A stretch of DNA of 64,000 nucleotides from NCBI GenBank assembly GCA_049724395.1, contig JAUGWO010000025.1, forward strand, positions 1 to 64,000, read 5' to 3'. This stretch comes from Spongospora subterranea f. sp. subterranea. Lineage: Eukaryota. The translations under genes were made by a program, and so were the position numbers. Position 1 is the stretch's first letter; each line of letters opens with the position of its first letter. The notes beneath the pieces were generated by a model. It had not been told where the DNA came from. It saw nothing but the letters and a program-made list of their open reading frames with translations, and did not search any database. Shown here in pieces: positions 50,968 through 64,000 of this stretch.

Positions 50968-53364
50968 GTACGCAGACAGGTCACGCGGCCATTCTTGTGC
51001 CACTGGCAGTTGGCTGGATCAAGTCGGACCATGCGCGGGATTAATCCCAATCCCACGTGGCGAATACAGCCGCGATGCCGAATGCATGTTACTTCAAAAC
51101 GCGGTAGCAAAATTTCGTAGGACACGACAATGGCTTCAAAGTGTGGGTTATCGGATAGAACACGTGGTTTGACGTTAGTTGACGGTATCTTCTCCAGTAC
51201 AATTTGCACAACTTGTGGATCCTGCACTAGCGCCAGGACAGTGTACTTGAGGATTGAAAAGGGTCTTGAGTCGTCATGCCGTAGATCAAAAGTCGTCTTC
51301 CCGTAGATCCGAACCATCAGTAGCTTCGCGCCCTTTGTCCTTGCCGCTTGCCTCATCCTGGTGTTCAGTTTTTCAAACACAACTGTGTTGTATCAAATCT
51401 TGCCCTGCGACATCCGAGCAATGGTAAATGACTTCTCGACCTGTGCCGAAATACCTTCCCAATTGCCGTGACAGCGATCGGTCAATCTTATCGAGTTCAA
51501 GTTGGTTGTGAGTGGAAGTGGCATCAACATAGTCAATTCAGAAAGTAAAACAAGCGAAGTTGTTTCTTTCACGACAGAGCCAAGAGCAGCGCTGTCCGCG
51601 GCCCAAGTTGTTCGAGGCCCAACGTCCTATGCTCTCCCTGTTCCGGACGAGTAATTTGGAGCCAGAGTTCGCCGTTCGCATTTTGCCGAGAAATTCAACG
51701 ACTTGAACCATCAGAACTGCCTCGTGATCGAAAGAAGGAATTCTCGTTGAAACGCCGATAGCACGGCCACACCATAAGGGAAACAGGCTTCGCCCAGACA
51801 GGTAATAATTTTTACCCAACTTCGGCACCAACTCCTCAAGAATAAAACTATCGAGACGCGCGACCACAGAAAAATTATGATAAATTTGGAAGTGCAGCGC
51901 GTGCACGCCCGAAACTTGCGCCAAATGAGAGCTCGAGCAGTCCAGTTCGAATGTGGAACAGCCAGCACTGTAGAAAGAGGTGGATCAAGCCAAGACAGAA
52001 TCACGGGCGCCAGATAGTCTGGGAAACGTTTAGCCATGCAGTGCCTTTGTTAATTTATCCCTTCCTGACAACCTGTAGAATTTCTTGGTGTCGGTCCCGC
52101 CTTTAATGAGAAGCCCATGAACAGTCGGGTTCAGCGGCTATAAAGGAGGGAAGCGATTGCACCAGACAGTCTGCCTGCCGACGTGATAAACTTCTTCCAG
52201 AACGACGCCGGATTTGTTCCTTCACTTCACGTTTGCGAGCATGTGGCCGCACCAAGCAGCTCGTAGGCTCTAGAACGACTTGTTTATGGCCCCCGTTTTA
52301 AGAAAGTGACCACAGCGAAATTGGAAATCGGTGCGACGTCGCGCCACAATGCCGCAGGAAAACGGTGTGCTGCTTGTGTGGTAGGCGATATTTCAGGAGC
52401 AATGGCTGTTCCCACAACAGCACTGCTCGAGCGCTCATCGAGTTCGCGGCAGCCCCGGCTCGTGTCGAGACTGAGTGGTTGTTAGGGATTTTTCCTGGTA
52501 ATCATTGGAGAAGCACAGAAGACAACGTAGACAAGAGCAAACCGAAACGACATCACCACGGTTTTTGACCCCGGCAAAGAAGGGCAATACGATTCCACAT
52601 ATGGGCTGATTTCGGGGCCGACATGCCCTCGTTTCACATTTTGTTCGAGATGGAATATACAAAATCGAATCGCAAATTTGAGGCAAAATTAGCCTTTTGA
52701 GCATATGCTCACCTTTCTCGCGATTATGCATGTTTACAAAGGGGGGATTCATTGATACCCCGTGATTTCCGCACCGCAAAAATGGTTTTCGAAGGAATAT
52801 TTTGTGTACGAGAGATTTGATTTTGCAGAATCAAGGGCGTGTTTAACGTTGATACCCCGAGTACTGATTCAGGTGAAAGTCTTCGACAGAAGCCACTACA
52901 GTCGGGTGTCCTGTACCAGCTTCAACGGTGCTCCCGCACTAGGAACGAAAAGCTACAAATTATCTTCCGGGAAGGTCACATAGGGGTGCAATCGACGCCC
53001 AACGAATCCGCACGTTATTTGCCCATATCGAATAGTGCATGATCATGACTTCAAAGGGCAATCAAGCTCGCTTGCTTCTTGGGTCATGAAATTGGACATT
53101 TCGAACTCGTGAACGTCTATCATGAGGGAAAACGATCGGCATTGAGAATCAGGCGATTAGCCAGTGTTTAAGAACAAAAAAATACGTACGTGAAAACTGT
53201 AATACAGCAGCAGCTTTTTATATCGAACAGGTTTACAGCAAAATCGCCCGCTGAATTTGCCAACTGCGATAAAAGTCCCATGTCATGGTAGATTAGCGTT
53301 CACACATAGGTAGTGAGTTACATTTGGTAGAGAACGGGCTGAACGGCATCAGCTTCTTGCTGCT

Positions 53365-53602
53365 GTTGGGTTGAGGCCGTCTCCGCCAAGAGAAGTCACA
53401 GTTGGTTGAGGCCGTCTCTGCCAAGAGAAGTCACCGTTGGTTGAGGCCGTCTCCGTCAAGAGAAGTCACCGTTGGTTGAGGCCGTCTTCGTCAAGAGAAA
53501 TCACCGTTGGTTGAGGCCGTCTCCGTCAAGAGAAGTCACCGTTGGTTGAGGCCATCTCGGTCAAGAGGAGTCACCGTTGGTTCCGCCAAGAGAAGTCACC
53601 GT
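53365..53602. repeat. Minisatellite, 35-bp unit, ~6.5 copies
   Basis: GTTGGTTGAGGCCGTCTCCGTCAAGAGAAGTCACC in tandem. Confidence 0.95.
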
Positions 53603-55984
53603 CGCATACCCGCGATCGGTTGGTGACAGGACGGAGCCGGTCGTTGTTCGTTACCAGTGTTCGGTGACTGTGTGAGTCTGGTCTACGTTATCCCCGATAG
53701 CGTGTCTGTTCTGGGGTTGGGACCCCTTCTCTGTCATAGTCCGTTCACTCATCACTCGTCATTATAATAATTCGACTTCATCGTCGACACATGACGATGA
53801 AGAAAACAGGTTCGACCACAGCGCACAACAGTCCGCGATGGACCAAGCTGGCGTCGTATCTCGGCCTGGCGCTAATCGATGTGGAAATATACGGGGAGTA
53901 CCAAACAATGCTATCATCACCGAAGCTGTCCCGTCTGCAGATTTGGGAAGACCTGCCTTCTTACGATGAATATAGACAGCTTCGAGAATCTTGGTGCAAT
54001 GCGAGGTGCGAGACACAATTGGAACTGTGCCGACGTGAGAGCTCAGATGTCGGCATCTCAAATGTGATAATTACATATTCCATATTATGGCCATTTGTTC
54101 CACCCATTGTTTTTTTACTGTATAAGTTTTAGAATTCGACGCACTGCGCTCAGTATTTCACCTGGCGTATTCTTTCTATTTTCAATGCTAATGTTGTGAT
54201 ACAGATAAGGCAAGAGCGCAGACTTACGCATGGCGCCAATAAGGCTTCATACATGATGGGTATCGCCCCTCAAGATTATTCATATTATCGGCGGTTTGGC
54301 AAAGCAGTTCGGGTTCTGGGCAGCGCTCCATGCCTTCAACACTAGATACTTAGTGATCCTGTCAAGTTTTTATTTTATCGAATTCCGATGTTAAAATTGT
54401 CGAGCCCATAAGGTTTCTGTCTTCTTTATGGAATATATTAATGAAATTGTAATATTTCAACCCGATATTCTCGATGTCTTAAAGAATCAATCGGCCCCCG
54501 CCGCGGCGAAGTATGGGACGCATTGACGCGTTTTGCACATTTTCTTCAATATTATCATTGCAAGCATTCAATTCACTTGTCCGAACCGGATCACAATGAG
54601 AAAACGGTTTCAGAAAAGAATGCTTCCAGCTTTAATGCGAAACTAATATAGGGAAACCTTTCGACTGTCGGCCGAGATTTCAAGTGTCTGTGGTTCTTAG
54701 CGTAATCGTGCGAGTCGCAAGTCATGTTAATGGGGGTGCGATTTCAGCATATACCGAAGACGGTAAAAAACTTGTTCGCCAAACTACCAACAATGCAAAA
54801 CTCAAAAACAACCGACCCCGACTATAAGGAGGTGATTGTCTCCATGGACACCTCTGACTTGAAAGCTTGCTTGCATTGTACATCTTGACCAAATCTACCA
54901 ATGAAACCCCCTTCCTTAGCACGTTGAATAGTAGAGACATACGACTTTGCCAAGTGGGGCAATCCACATCCAGGTACTGGCCACCGGTACCACCCATTGT
55001 GTTGCATCCTTTCTGGTTGTAGAGGTGAGTTTGAAAGTGATATTGTCATTGCATTGAATGAAGTGCGTTGGGTGAAGAGTATCTTCGATTTTGCAAAAGC
55101 GGGTGGAAGGCGAAACGCAACCAACTGACAATCCTCGACGCGGTTAAGGTTCCTGTGGGCCTCGCACAGCTTGATGGTAATGAGTGACCTTATCTGTTAT
55201 TATCATATAAGTTGTCTGTGTTGAGTGATGTGTGAAGGTATTTGTGGGAGGTTCCTGTGGCTAATCCTGGATTTGGATGGCTCCATTGGCGAAAATCGTC
55301 ATGTAACGGGCTAAAGGAACGGACTTCATTGAGTAAATTCTGTCAAGATCCTCAATGGAACGCAGGCTTTCACGTCAGAAATGTCCATGGAGACAATCGC
55401 CTCCTTATAGGCGGCTTCAGTCTTTTTGAGTTTGTGTTGTTGGGAGTCGATCGAGCACACAGCAAATCTTTTACCGCCTTCGGCTGAGGGTTGATAGTAC
55501 GTGTCATCACAATAGGGGGGAGGACTTCTCTGCTCCTTCCCAGCGGTTTGCACAAGGAAAGATTCGCCATCTGACGCTTAAGCTTACTAAAGAAATGTGG
55601 TCTTGCATTGAAATTTTGTTGCGAAATTTTCTCAGTGATAAATTGTAATTGTTTGAATCTATCATTGTGGGGGTGCTCCTTCACTAAGTGGATTGTATTG
55701 GGACGAGGGCGTTGACTATCGTGTCGTTCTGTTGTTCTAACGCGAATGTGTTTCGTTGTGCATTAGGACAAGCTTCTATAGTTACAAGGTATGATCATAA
55801 GCAGACGGGAGTAGCAATTAATCCGACAAAATGGGGAAGATAATATTGCAGGAAATAATCAGAGGAACTTCTGCCTCTGCTTTTATAGCAATGAAATGGC
55901 TTGTGCCCATTGTGCTTGTTTAGTTACCGTCGAAATGTCGATGTTGTAGCACTTTGTACAGATTATATTATGGCGATTATTTTC

Positions 55985-58900
55985 TTATGTTGACGGGAGA
56001 GTAGTATCGACGAGCGTGTGAGTGCTGAAGCGGTTAACGTCGCCGCACAACGTGACGAAGAAGGACGCACTGGTATGGGGATCAGCTGCTTTGCAATCAC
56101 CAAACACCGGCTTTGTCATTCCAGAGCTCCCTTCATGTTCTGTCACGTCCCTACCAGCTTCAGCTCTAAAGAACCACTCATCAACGCACGAAGATCAAAG
56201 GCTTCAACGAGCTGTCGTTTCTTGTATCAATCGCTGGAAGAATCCGATTTCCAAAGAGTTTCAGATCGTGATCACAAGACAATTGACTAAAAGAAGCTTA
56301 CACATACGCGTTATTGTGTAATAACAGAACATTTCGAGCCAGTGTTATCTGAAGTCGAAAACGGAGATGTACTCGATTCGAAATATACGTGAGCAAATCG
56401 CTTGGTGTAACTTCTAACGTCAGCTCGTCCAGAATAACATCTGTCTCCGGAGACATTGCATGGAAAGGAATCATCAGAGCCAATGAAGATTGTTGTACGA
56501 CGATGAGGCAAACGAATGTTGTAGAATCAACCGAGAGCGGGGTCTCTTGATTATCGAATAGGTGTGAAAATCGATCGAAAGTAACGGAACAGGAATCGAA
56601 TCGTGTATATGCCAGGTGATGATAGATTACATCCTGAATTAGGTTATTGTATTGGTTGCACTGTCAAAATTTCCAATTCGACAAGGCTCGAACATTCTCT
56701 TTCCTTTGTTTGATACGCGTTGCATTGGAAATCCTGTAAAACGTTGAAAAAACAGCGTCTGAAGATGCGATTTATGAAAGAGAAATACATGGCCTTCGAA
56801 GTCTTCAATCGCCTGGCAGTCCCCATGACAGCTTTGGAGATCGATTTCGTGGATGGAGGTGTGACACACACAGATGAATCCACATGAACGTTCCTATCCA
56901 GTGCGCGAGAACTCGACGCCAACGCTTCGCTTTCCGGTGTGGTGCTCTTGGATACAACGGGCGATGGGCGTTTACTGGAACGCGCCGGGGATGGCGTCAT
57001 CGAAGTCATAACAGATCGAAATATGGGCCGTGCAGGAACAATAACAGGCTGCTTTACAGCAGACGCTGCTTCACGATGTAAAGTGTCAATTTCAGACGTC
57101 GCAGTCTTGAAAACAGAAAATTAACATTCCTTGGGGTATAACAGCGAAAAAATAACGCGATGATGGCCAACGCAACGTACCTGTAGCTGAGCATGTAAAT
57201 CATTGACTTGAATGCGTAAGGATTTGATGAGGGAAGAGGCACGTCCATCTATCATCTCCACCTGGTAAATGGGACGGTAAGGAAAGCAACATGTCGAGTC
57301 CGTTCACATACCTTCCTGACGCGCTGAGCAAACGTCAATGTGCATTGAGTCTCGGCCAAATCAGCTGGGTCAGGCGACAAATGGCTACGAGAAAGGGACC
57401 ATTGTAAAAATTGGGATTCTTGACAAGCTAAGCAATTACCATAAAACAACTGTTCGGCCAGTTCCACCTGAACAACAATAATCAGCAGTCTGAGACCCGA
57501 AATATAGAATAGGTAACATCAACCCAATGAATTCTGCAAGAGATTTGTTAGAACCGAATCGCGATATGGGACGTGCCCCGGCGCAGAATTTTGTGATCTG
57601 ATGGCAAGAAATCAGATTCAACTGATCGTCAAAAATCCATAGAATTGAAGCAAATCATAGAATTACTTAGAGGTAGTTGATTTAGATGACTGAGCTTTAT
57701 ACAGCGCGTTAATGACCTAAACTCCTGTTTTTGAAACCACATCCGATGGATCAGTGGGACGACGTACATTTCCTAGCGCTGACAGCGACCGGTTAATATA
57801 ACCTGCTTCGCGAAGTTGTGCTCTGCATTCAATTGTAACTCTCTAAACACACCTGAGCCAATCAAGCTCACATCTCTTTTCTTACCCGGAGACCATACTT
57901 CGCACAACCCGCTCCTATAAAATCCAGTTAACACACACGCGCGCCAGAAACACAGAATTGCCCAGAGAACAACTTACGCTGCCGCAAAGATCGGTTAATG
58001 TAAGTGTAGAATAAAGTCGGCCATGAAGTTCGAGGTGAATCATGAATACGCAATGAGATCTGAAAGTACATTTACATTTCAGTGGCGATTTTCGAAACGA
58101 AGAGGATCAATCAAATGGAATAATCGTGAGAAACACAAGGATGAAATTGTGATTATGATCAGACCGACCTAGATGATTGATCATTAAGAGCTGTAGCGCT
58201 AGTCTGTCGTGAATCGATCGCCCTCAGGCATAATGTAGCAACCTGCACACCAAGGATCAGCGGCAACAACTTTAGAAAATTACTATACTGACCTGAGCAG
58301 CATTGACGACCACAATTGATTCGGCTCCGGCGACGGTTTTATTACCCGCCGCGTCATTCCGAATTTTCAACGAAGTTGCTGCATCTGTCGGAGCAATTAT
58401 ATAATTTGGAGGAAAAAACCCAATTTGAGACATTGAATACCGTTATTAGCGAGTAGATCACGAATCATTTCATTATAGATCTCTACGATTTGCAAGCGCA
58501 CGAGAAACTCGCCTTCGGTTCTAACCCTCTGAGAAGCGGAATTATATACAAACCCGTGCTCCAATGAAATGAGCAAGCGTACCTGAGCGCATTCGTGGAA
58601 AACGCATTGAGAAGCGAGCAGCATTAGCCCTGGAGTTGTATCATCGCCCATCATCGTAAACGTTTTCCCACTCCCAGTTTGCCCATATGACATGAAAGTG
58701 ACGTTGTAACCGTTGCAGCAGGAAATTGCTAATGGATGCATTTCATCCCAGAGATGCGTATGCTGGGCGGTTTCGCCAAACACGTAGTCGAATGACGCAG
58801 CTGGTCCATCTGTTTTGCCAATGTGTGAGAAAGCGGCTTGCCGATGCATAGGGCTAACGCACCTGACAAGCGTAGAGTACACTCATCTAGACACTTAATG

Positions 58901-59780
58901 ACAGAGTCATCAGTTGCTCGAGGACGAATACGAACAAAAACTCTATGGAAAACAACAGCATAGGTAAACAAATAGAAATTGAGCTATAGAGTGGAGCTGC
59001 ATGGAAGCGAATTTCGAAAATATCAGGAGAAAAACATGAAAAGCCAGTCAAATCTATGTACGAACTTGCTCACAATGATGAGTATCATATTACCGAATAT
59101 GACCCTGAAGGTCGATTAGCTTATTGCTCATAGACTTATAGCGTTGCTGTTGATGCCTGATACGCGCCGTCTGCTGTTCTGATAATCTCTATGCAGATAT
59201 GCGTTACGAACAACGCGCAACATTGAGAGAGCAAGCAGGCAAACATTGAGGCGGAGGCGATATGAATCGCAATTGCGGATCAGCTCTTCTTGTGTTTGGC
59301 GAACAACTTGACGAACACCCAGCGATAAGTGACGCAACGAGGTGATTGATTCCTGTACCTAGATTAGGAGATCAGCAAGAGAAGCCATCCTGGCTATGAA
59401 AAGAGACGATGTACTCTTGGAAGTACAATCGTAGAGCAGTTATTTCCAGGTTGGGCAGCGGGACTAACAAAGAATCAACCGAATGTTTCTGAAATGTAAT
59501 GATCGATGGTTACATTGGAGTACGTTCGGTTTGTACAACATGTTGATATTCTTTCAATTCAAGTTGCAGTTGACTAATCTGATGAACTCGTCTATTAGAA
59601 AAATTTGCAGAGGTTAGGACTTGTTTCAAAAAACCTGATCGTGAGCGATGCCCAGTTCTTTGTCTTTCGCTTGTAATTTGGAAATATAAACACGATGCAA
59701 GGACATTGCCAACGCCGTCTGAGGTGTATCGCCTATACACGCTTCAGAATAAAAAAAACACATGATCATAAATACAAGCC
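55985..59780 (-). CDS. Kinesin-14-like motor protein (coiled coil, motor, C-terminal tail)
   Basis: Neck LQGHIRVFVRIRP; FDYVF; GYNVTFMSYGQTGSGKTFTM; VEIYNEMIRDLL; DLCGSE; INRSLSALGNV; HVPYRDS; ETQCTLTFAQRV. Both ends are approximate. Confidence 0.88.
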
Positions 59781-60107
59781 ATCAGCAACAAAATTCCAGA
59801 GCGGCTCTGCGAACCGCAATTCGTGAATCCAAACATAAAGATTCCGACCTCTATGAGGCGACATTTGCGAAGCCCTATCTGACATTATAGCGTTATTTCA
59901 AACCCATGCACAAACGTGTGTTCAGGGGATCTGGATATCGCCACCAGTGAAAAAAAAAACAGGCGCTCGGCGTAAAGTACAACACCAATGTGAGAATGGG
60001 GGTTCCGGCATTCAGGCGCAACCAACTCATAAAGTCGCTGTCACTGTTGAGTGTATGTTCACACCTTCACGTGGTCACGGTCATCAGGTGTACCGACTAC
60101 AGTCAGA

Positions 60108-63100
60108 CTACCCACAGCCGAGTACGAGGCCCCCCTGTTCTCGGCGCAATTGTAGGCCGCGCACCTGTTCCGGTCAACACACGGTTTTGACGATTTCTCA
60201 AATTTAAACCTTTCGGTCGGATTGACAGCTGCGATTGTATTTGTTAAAATATGATTATTTTGTGTGTCCCGGGAATGTTGTTATTCGTCTTTGGACAGGA
60301 CCTGCACCAGTCGTGTCCGCTGCTGTTCAACGGACCCGCAATCTGACATGCCATGGACCCTGAACACCTCTATGCGCCCGTCCCTGGTGCCTGCTGCAAC
60401 AATCGGAGCATTTACACCGAATAGTACTGACGATAGCTTAGTCCCCGGTTGCATCGTCTCGCTAACCCATGGATTTACTGTAGAATTTTGTATATTCCAG
60501 ACCTAAACATTCCGTCATATCCCCAGCTGAAAAGTTTAAACGCTTGTCGCTTACGTCGAGTCGCCCATCTCGCGACGCTGACGCGAAAACACATGAATTA
60601 TTCGAAGACCAATCGATGTCCATTATGTAATCATATCCGCTTTGCAAGGTCAATATCGGCTGGGTAGATTTCTGACAGATTCACAAGTTGGATACACAGC
60701 CTTTTCATCAAATCTAGCCACATTGGGCAGCGGTCATCGGTTGATTTTTACCTGTGTCCACAGGCGAACGGTACAATCAGTTGAAGCGGTGACAAATGCG
60801 TCATCAAGGAATGGCGATATTTTGACGCGATTGACCGGACCGGTATGACCGAAATAGCTCTCGATGACCTATCGAGGATCGAATATTCAGGCAAGATGTC
60901 AATCGGTGCCACGACAACCAAAAGAAGATGCAAATCGAAATACAATTGGGACGATTAACCAGCAAACCTGTTCATTATATGATTTTGAGCACTTATGAAT
61001 GACGCCATCCTCAGTTCCAGCAAGGTATTGCGTCGAGTCAACACGAGAGAAATCAAAGCAGAGACTGGATCCTTGGCGGTTGATCATTCCTTCCCCTGTT
61101 GCAATGCGTCGCTGAGTAGCCTGTAACATCGCTTTGGAAACCGTTAGCGAACCTGTTTCCCCGATCTGCGATTGATCATGTATTCGCTTCAAGATCATGA
61201 TATCCTGCGCGAACAATCCCTTCTTCATGCTCCATTGTTTGACGTGCCCATCTGTTGAAATGGATATGACTGACTCGGCGTTTTGCGTCCCTTTGGCGTT
61301 CCATTTAACACCCCAGACAGGATCGCTATGGTTGTGCGTTCCATGCGATGCGCGAAGAGCTGGAGCATCGCCACTAGTACGAATATCATATATCGCCATT
61401 GACCCATCATATAAACCCACTATGCAAATTCGATATTTCAAGATGCTGAAAACATATGTTGTAAAAGAGCGGAGAACGATCAAGATTTACCTGCTAGTAA
61501 TTGTGGGTGATCAGTGCTGAAATCAAGGCATGTCACACCCACCGACGACTTGATCAAACGTGTTGGACATTCAGGATTACTCAGTGTCCATAGAGCAATC
61601 AAACCAGGACTGACACCGTCAACTACAGTAGGATTTGAGTTGTGAAGCCCAACACGGATCCGAAGAACAAACCAGTTGTGTTAGAAACTTTCTACTAAAA
61701 ATTGTCGAAATTCACAGAAAGTTGGCAGTTAACCAGGAACGGTGAAAGATGTAATCCGGTGGCATGTGCCTTGTTTACCATTTTTGGCACTATCTGCAAA
61801 CTCAACTGGGCCATATCCCGCTGCAAGAAGATCGCGGTTTGAACGATTCCAGTCCATCGCGTTGATGTTGTGACCAGCTCTAGTCGTAAGAAAAGTCAAG
61901 TTCAACCGCCAGTAACAAGAGACATATATTTTGTATTCATCGAAGCCATGGCTCAAAATGAAAAAGGCAAATAATCTTGGCAAACTCTTTAAGCGTCTTA
62001 TGAAATTGGACAAAACGGTTGTCAAGTTCAGAAAACAATAAATACTAGCAAGATCTGTATGATCCAATGGCGTGATAAATCTTACACAGCTACTGATGTG
62101 TATGTCCATAGTTTTTCCAGGTCGGCAATCCCATCATCAACCCCAGTTGTTTCCACATCAGAAGCTTTCGTCAAAACAGATGCACTCCTCTCCAAAACTG
62201 GTTTCCTATATAACCAGAAATCATCACCTAAAGCATACGACAATAACTCGAATAGAACTTGAGCACAATCAACGTAAAATTTCCACGTCACGAAACTGAT
62301 AGCCAGTTCGAGTACTTTTCTGGCGAAGATGACTGCAATAGTTGCCGAGCTCGGTTCCGATATGATAGATGCTTAGAATGGATCTCATTCTGTATAATAG
62401 CCTTCTCCATAATCGTCAACGACCTCAACAGATTCGCATATTTTTCAACGGGCGGCTTTTGCTCTAGCACACAATATTGATCAGACAACGATTGTCGAAA
62501 AGAACAGCTAATTAATTCCTCAATTAATTGACTGAATGAAAGTAAACGACGACGATGGAATCTATAATAATTCTACAATATTTGACCTACTTATTACTTG
62601 CTGGCCAGACTCATGACTAGAGTCATATATGTCCCATTTTGAGCTTTGACATGACACCTGAATATATATATTCAATGGAGTTGAAAATAAAGAACTCAAG
62701 CTTGATGGAGAACATGGAATACAAGGGTGTCTATTGAAAATAAAGAATTTACATTTGCTTTACTGGGCGGCAGTGCCTGTGCTTCCTTGTTTTTCTTGGG
62801 CAGATTGAAGGTTCGCGCTGCCCGCTCGGACACAGTTGCCCGGTGTTCCAAGCGCTTCGCATATGATGCATTTGCAGCCTAAAACTCAACTATCAAACAA
62901 GGATACTTGAATGTATAGATATATAATCTTTTGATCAGAACAAAGAAATCACTTCCTGGTGGATAATGCCCAAGTTTCGCGATATTACAAAGAACAGTCC
63001 AAGTAAACACCTCGGTTTGGGCAGCGAGTTCTGTGTGCTTAGACCACACACATAACGACGGCAGATCCAATAACGTGTAAGTTGTTGACTCGGATAGGCG

Positions 63101-64000
63101 TATCTCCAGTAATTTGTTGAGCTCCAATGCTGTATACTCGAATGGTGGCAAAACAACCGCAGCCTAATAACTCAAAGAGCATTCAGAAACAAAAAATCGG
63201 TTAGAAATAGAAGCGTGATACTAAATCGCTCGGTGAACGTAGCCTATTGTTGGAGTTTTTAATTCGTAATTAACTTTGGCCGAATAAATAACGAATTTGT
63301 GTGGCGAAATTAATGGAAGAAATGGAGCATCTTACGTTTTGCTGGACTGCGGTGGTGTTTGCAGAATGTGCCTCGTCCCGACGATTTTCAAAGTCGGAAC
63401 TGAGTTCAGCTTCGTCTACGTCGACATCACTATTGCCACCACTGTGGACGTCGTTGGCGGCCGCAGCAGAATCCGAATTATCAGATGTATCGACACTTAG
63501 TGACGATGAACCCCCTTCGATATAGTTTTTATTGGAACCTGAGCGGAATATCTTATGAGAGTCCCGATGATGACAAACAGATCAACATGCGCTGTAGCTG
63601 ATAATTCAGATTCAGACAGCGTAACAATACAGAAGGTGTTCCACAGATCTCGACAAACGATGAACATACCTTCTCTGGAGCTAATGTTGGTACCGCGGCT
63701 GGCGCTTGATGGAGCAGCAGATATCTGACTCCCGTTATCGGTTGCGGCCGACCCACGATGCTAAGTGCCAATGTGTCAAACATAAGCCCACCACATCGTT
63801 GGGGAGAAATATGGATCAAATGATGAAAAGTCTATCAATTTCAATTGATACAGCAGTCAAGTATAACAAATGGACAGAAGCTTAAGATTACCTTTTTCCC
63901 TGATGATTTGCTGGACCCAGATTTTTTTGACATTCCGGATTTGGAGTTTGTATCGAGCGGCAACGGGGTGCAATCGATTCCGTTGATCACGACACGAGAT
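60108..64000 (-). CDS. DNAI4: Axonemal dynein intermediate chain (WDR78/DNAI4-like), 5' end outside the window
   Basis: DWNRSNRDLLAAGYG, GLYDGSMAIYDIR, HSDPVWGVKW, SISTDGHVKQWSMKKGL, YLAGTEDGVIHKCSKSYNEQ and DIDWSSNNSCVFAS. Confidence 0.82.

Noticed and set aside
51380..52600. Copia gag/protease relic on +
   Set aside because: Only faint hints (IVWETF, CCLCG, EWLLG) with catalytic residues missing; not supportable.
53365..53602. CRISPR array (35-bp repeat)
   Set aside because: Head-to-tail units without spacers.
49089..55900. Prophage or integrative island at the tRNA
   Set aside because: No integrase, capsid or distal att repeat is recognisable. The duplication is adjacent and tandem.

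Overview
Eukaryotic genomic DNA with very short (~50-110 nt) GT-AG introns. It probably comes from a flagellated protist, possibly a plasmodiophorid/Rhizarian; this taxonomy is inference only. The first ~19 kb is a nested cluster of decayed transposons: a Ty3/Gypsy element whose 5' leader holds a 4-kb GA-rich satellite and a Tf1-type self-priming signature, a MULE fragment, a PIF/Harbinger with ~145-bp TIRs, a chromovirus 3' end with its LTR, a truncated LINE, a minisatellite and a fold-back hAT. The rest is gene-dense: acetyl-CoA carboxylase (+), a dual-acylated protein with five cNMP-binding domains (+), exocyst Sec6 (-), cohesin STAG/Scc3 (+), NEDD1 (-), tRNA-Ser(CGA) (+), a kinesin-14-like motor (-) and an axonemal dynein intermediate chain (-, runs off the right end). 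Between these genes lie a large imperfect palindrome, a solo LTR and several minisatellites. Spliced-gene boundaries were read by eye and are approximate.
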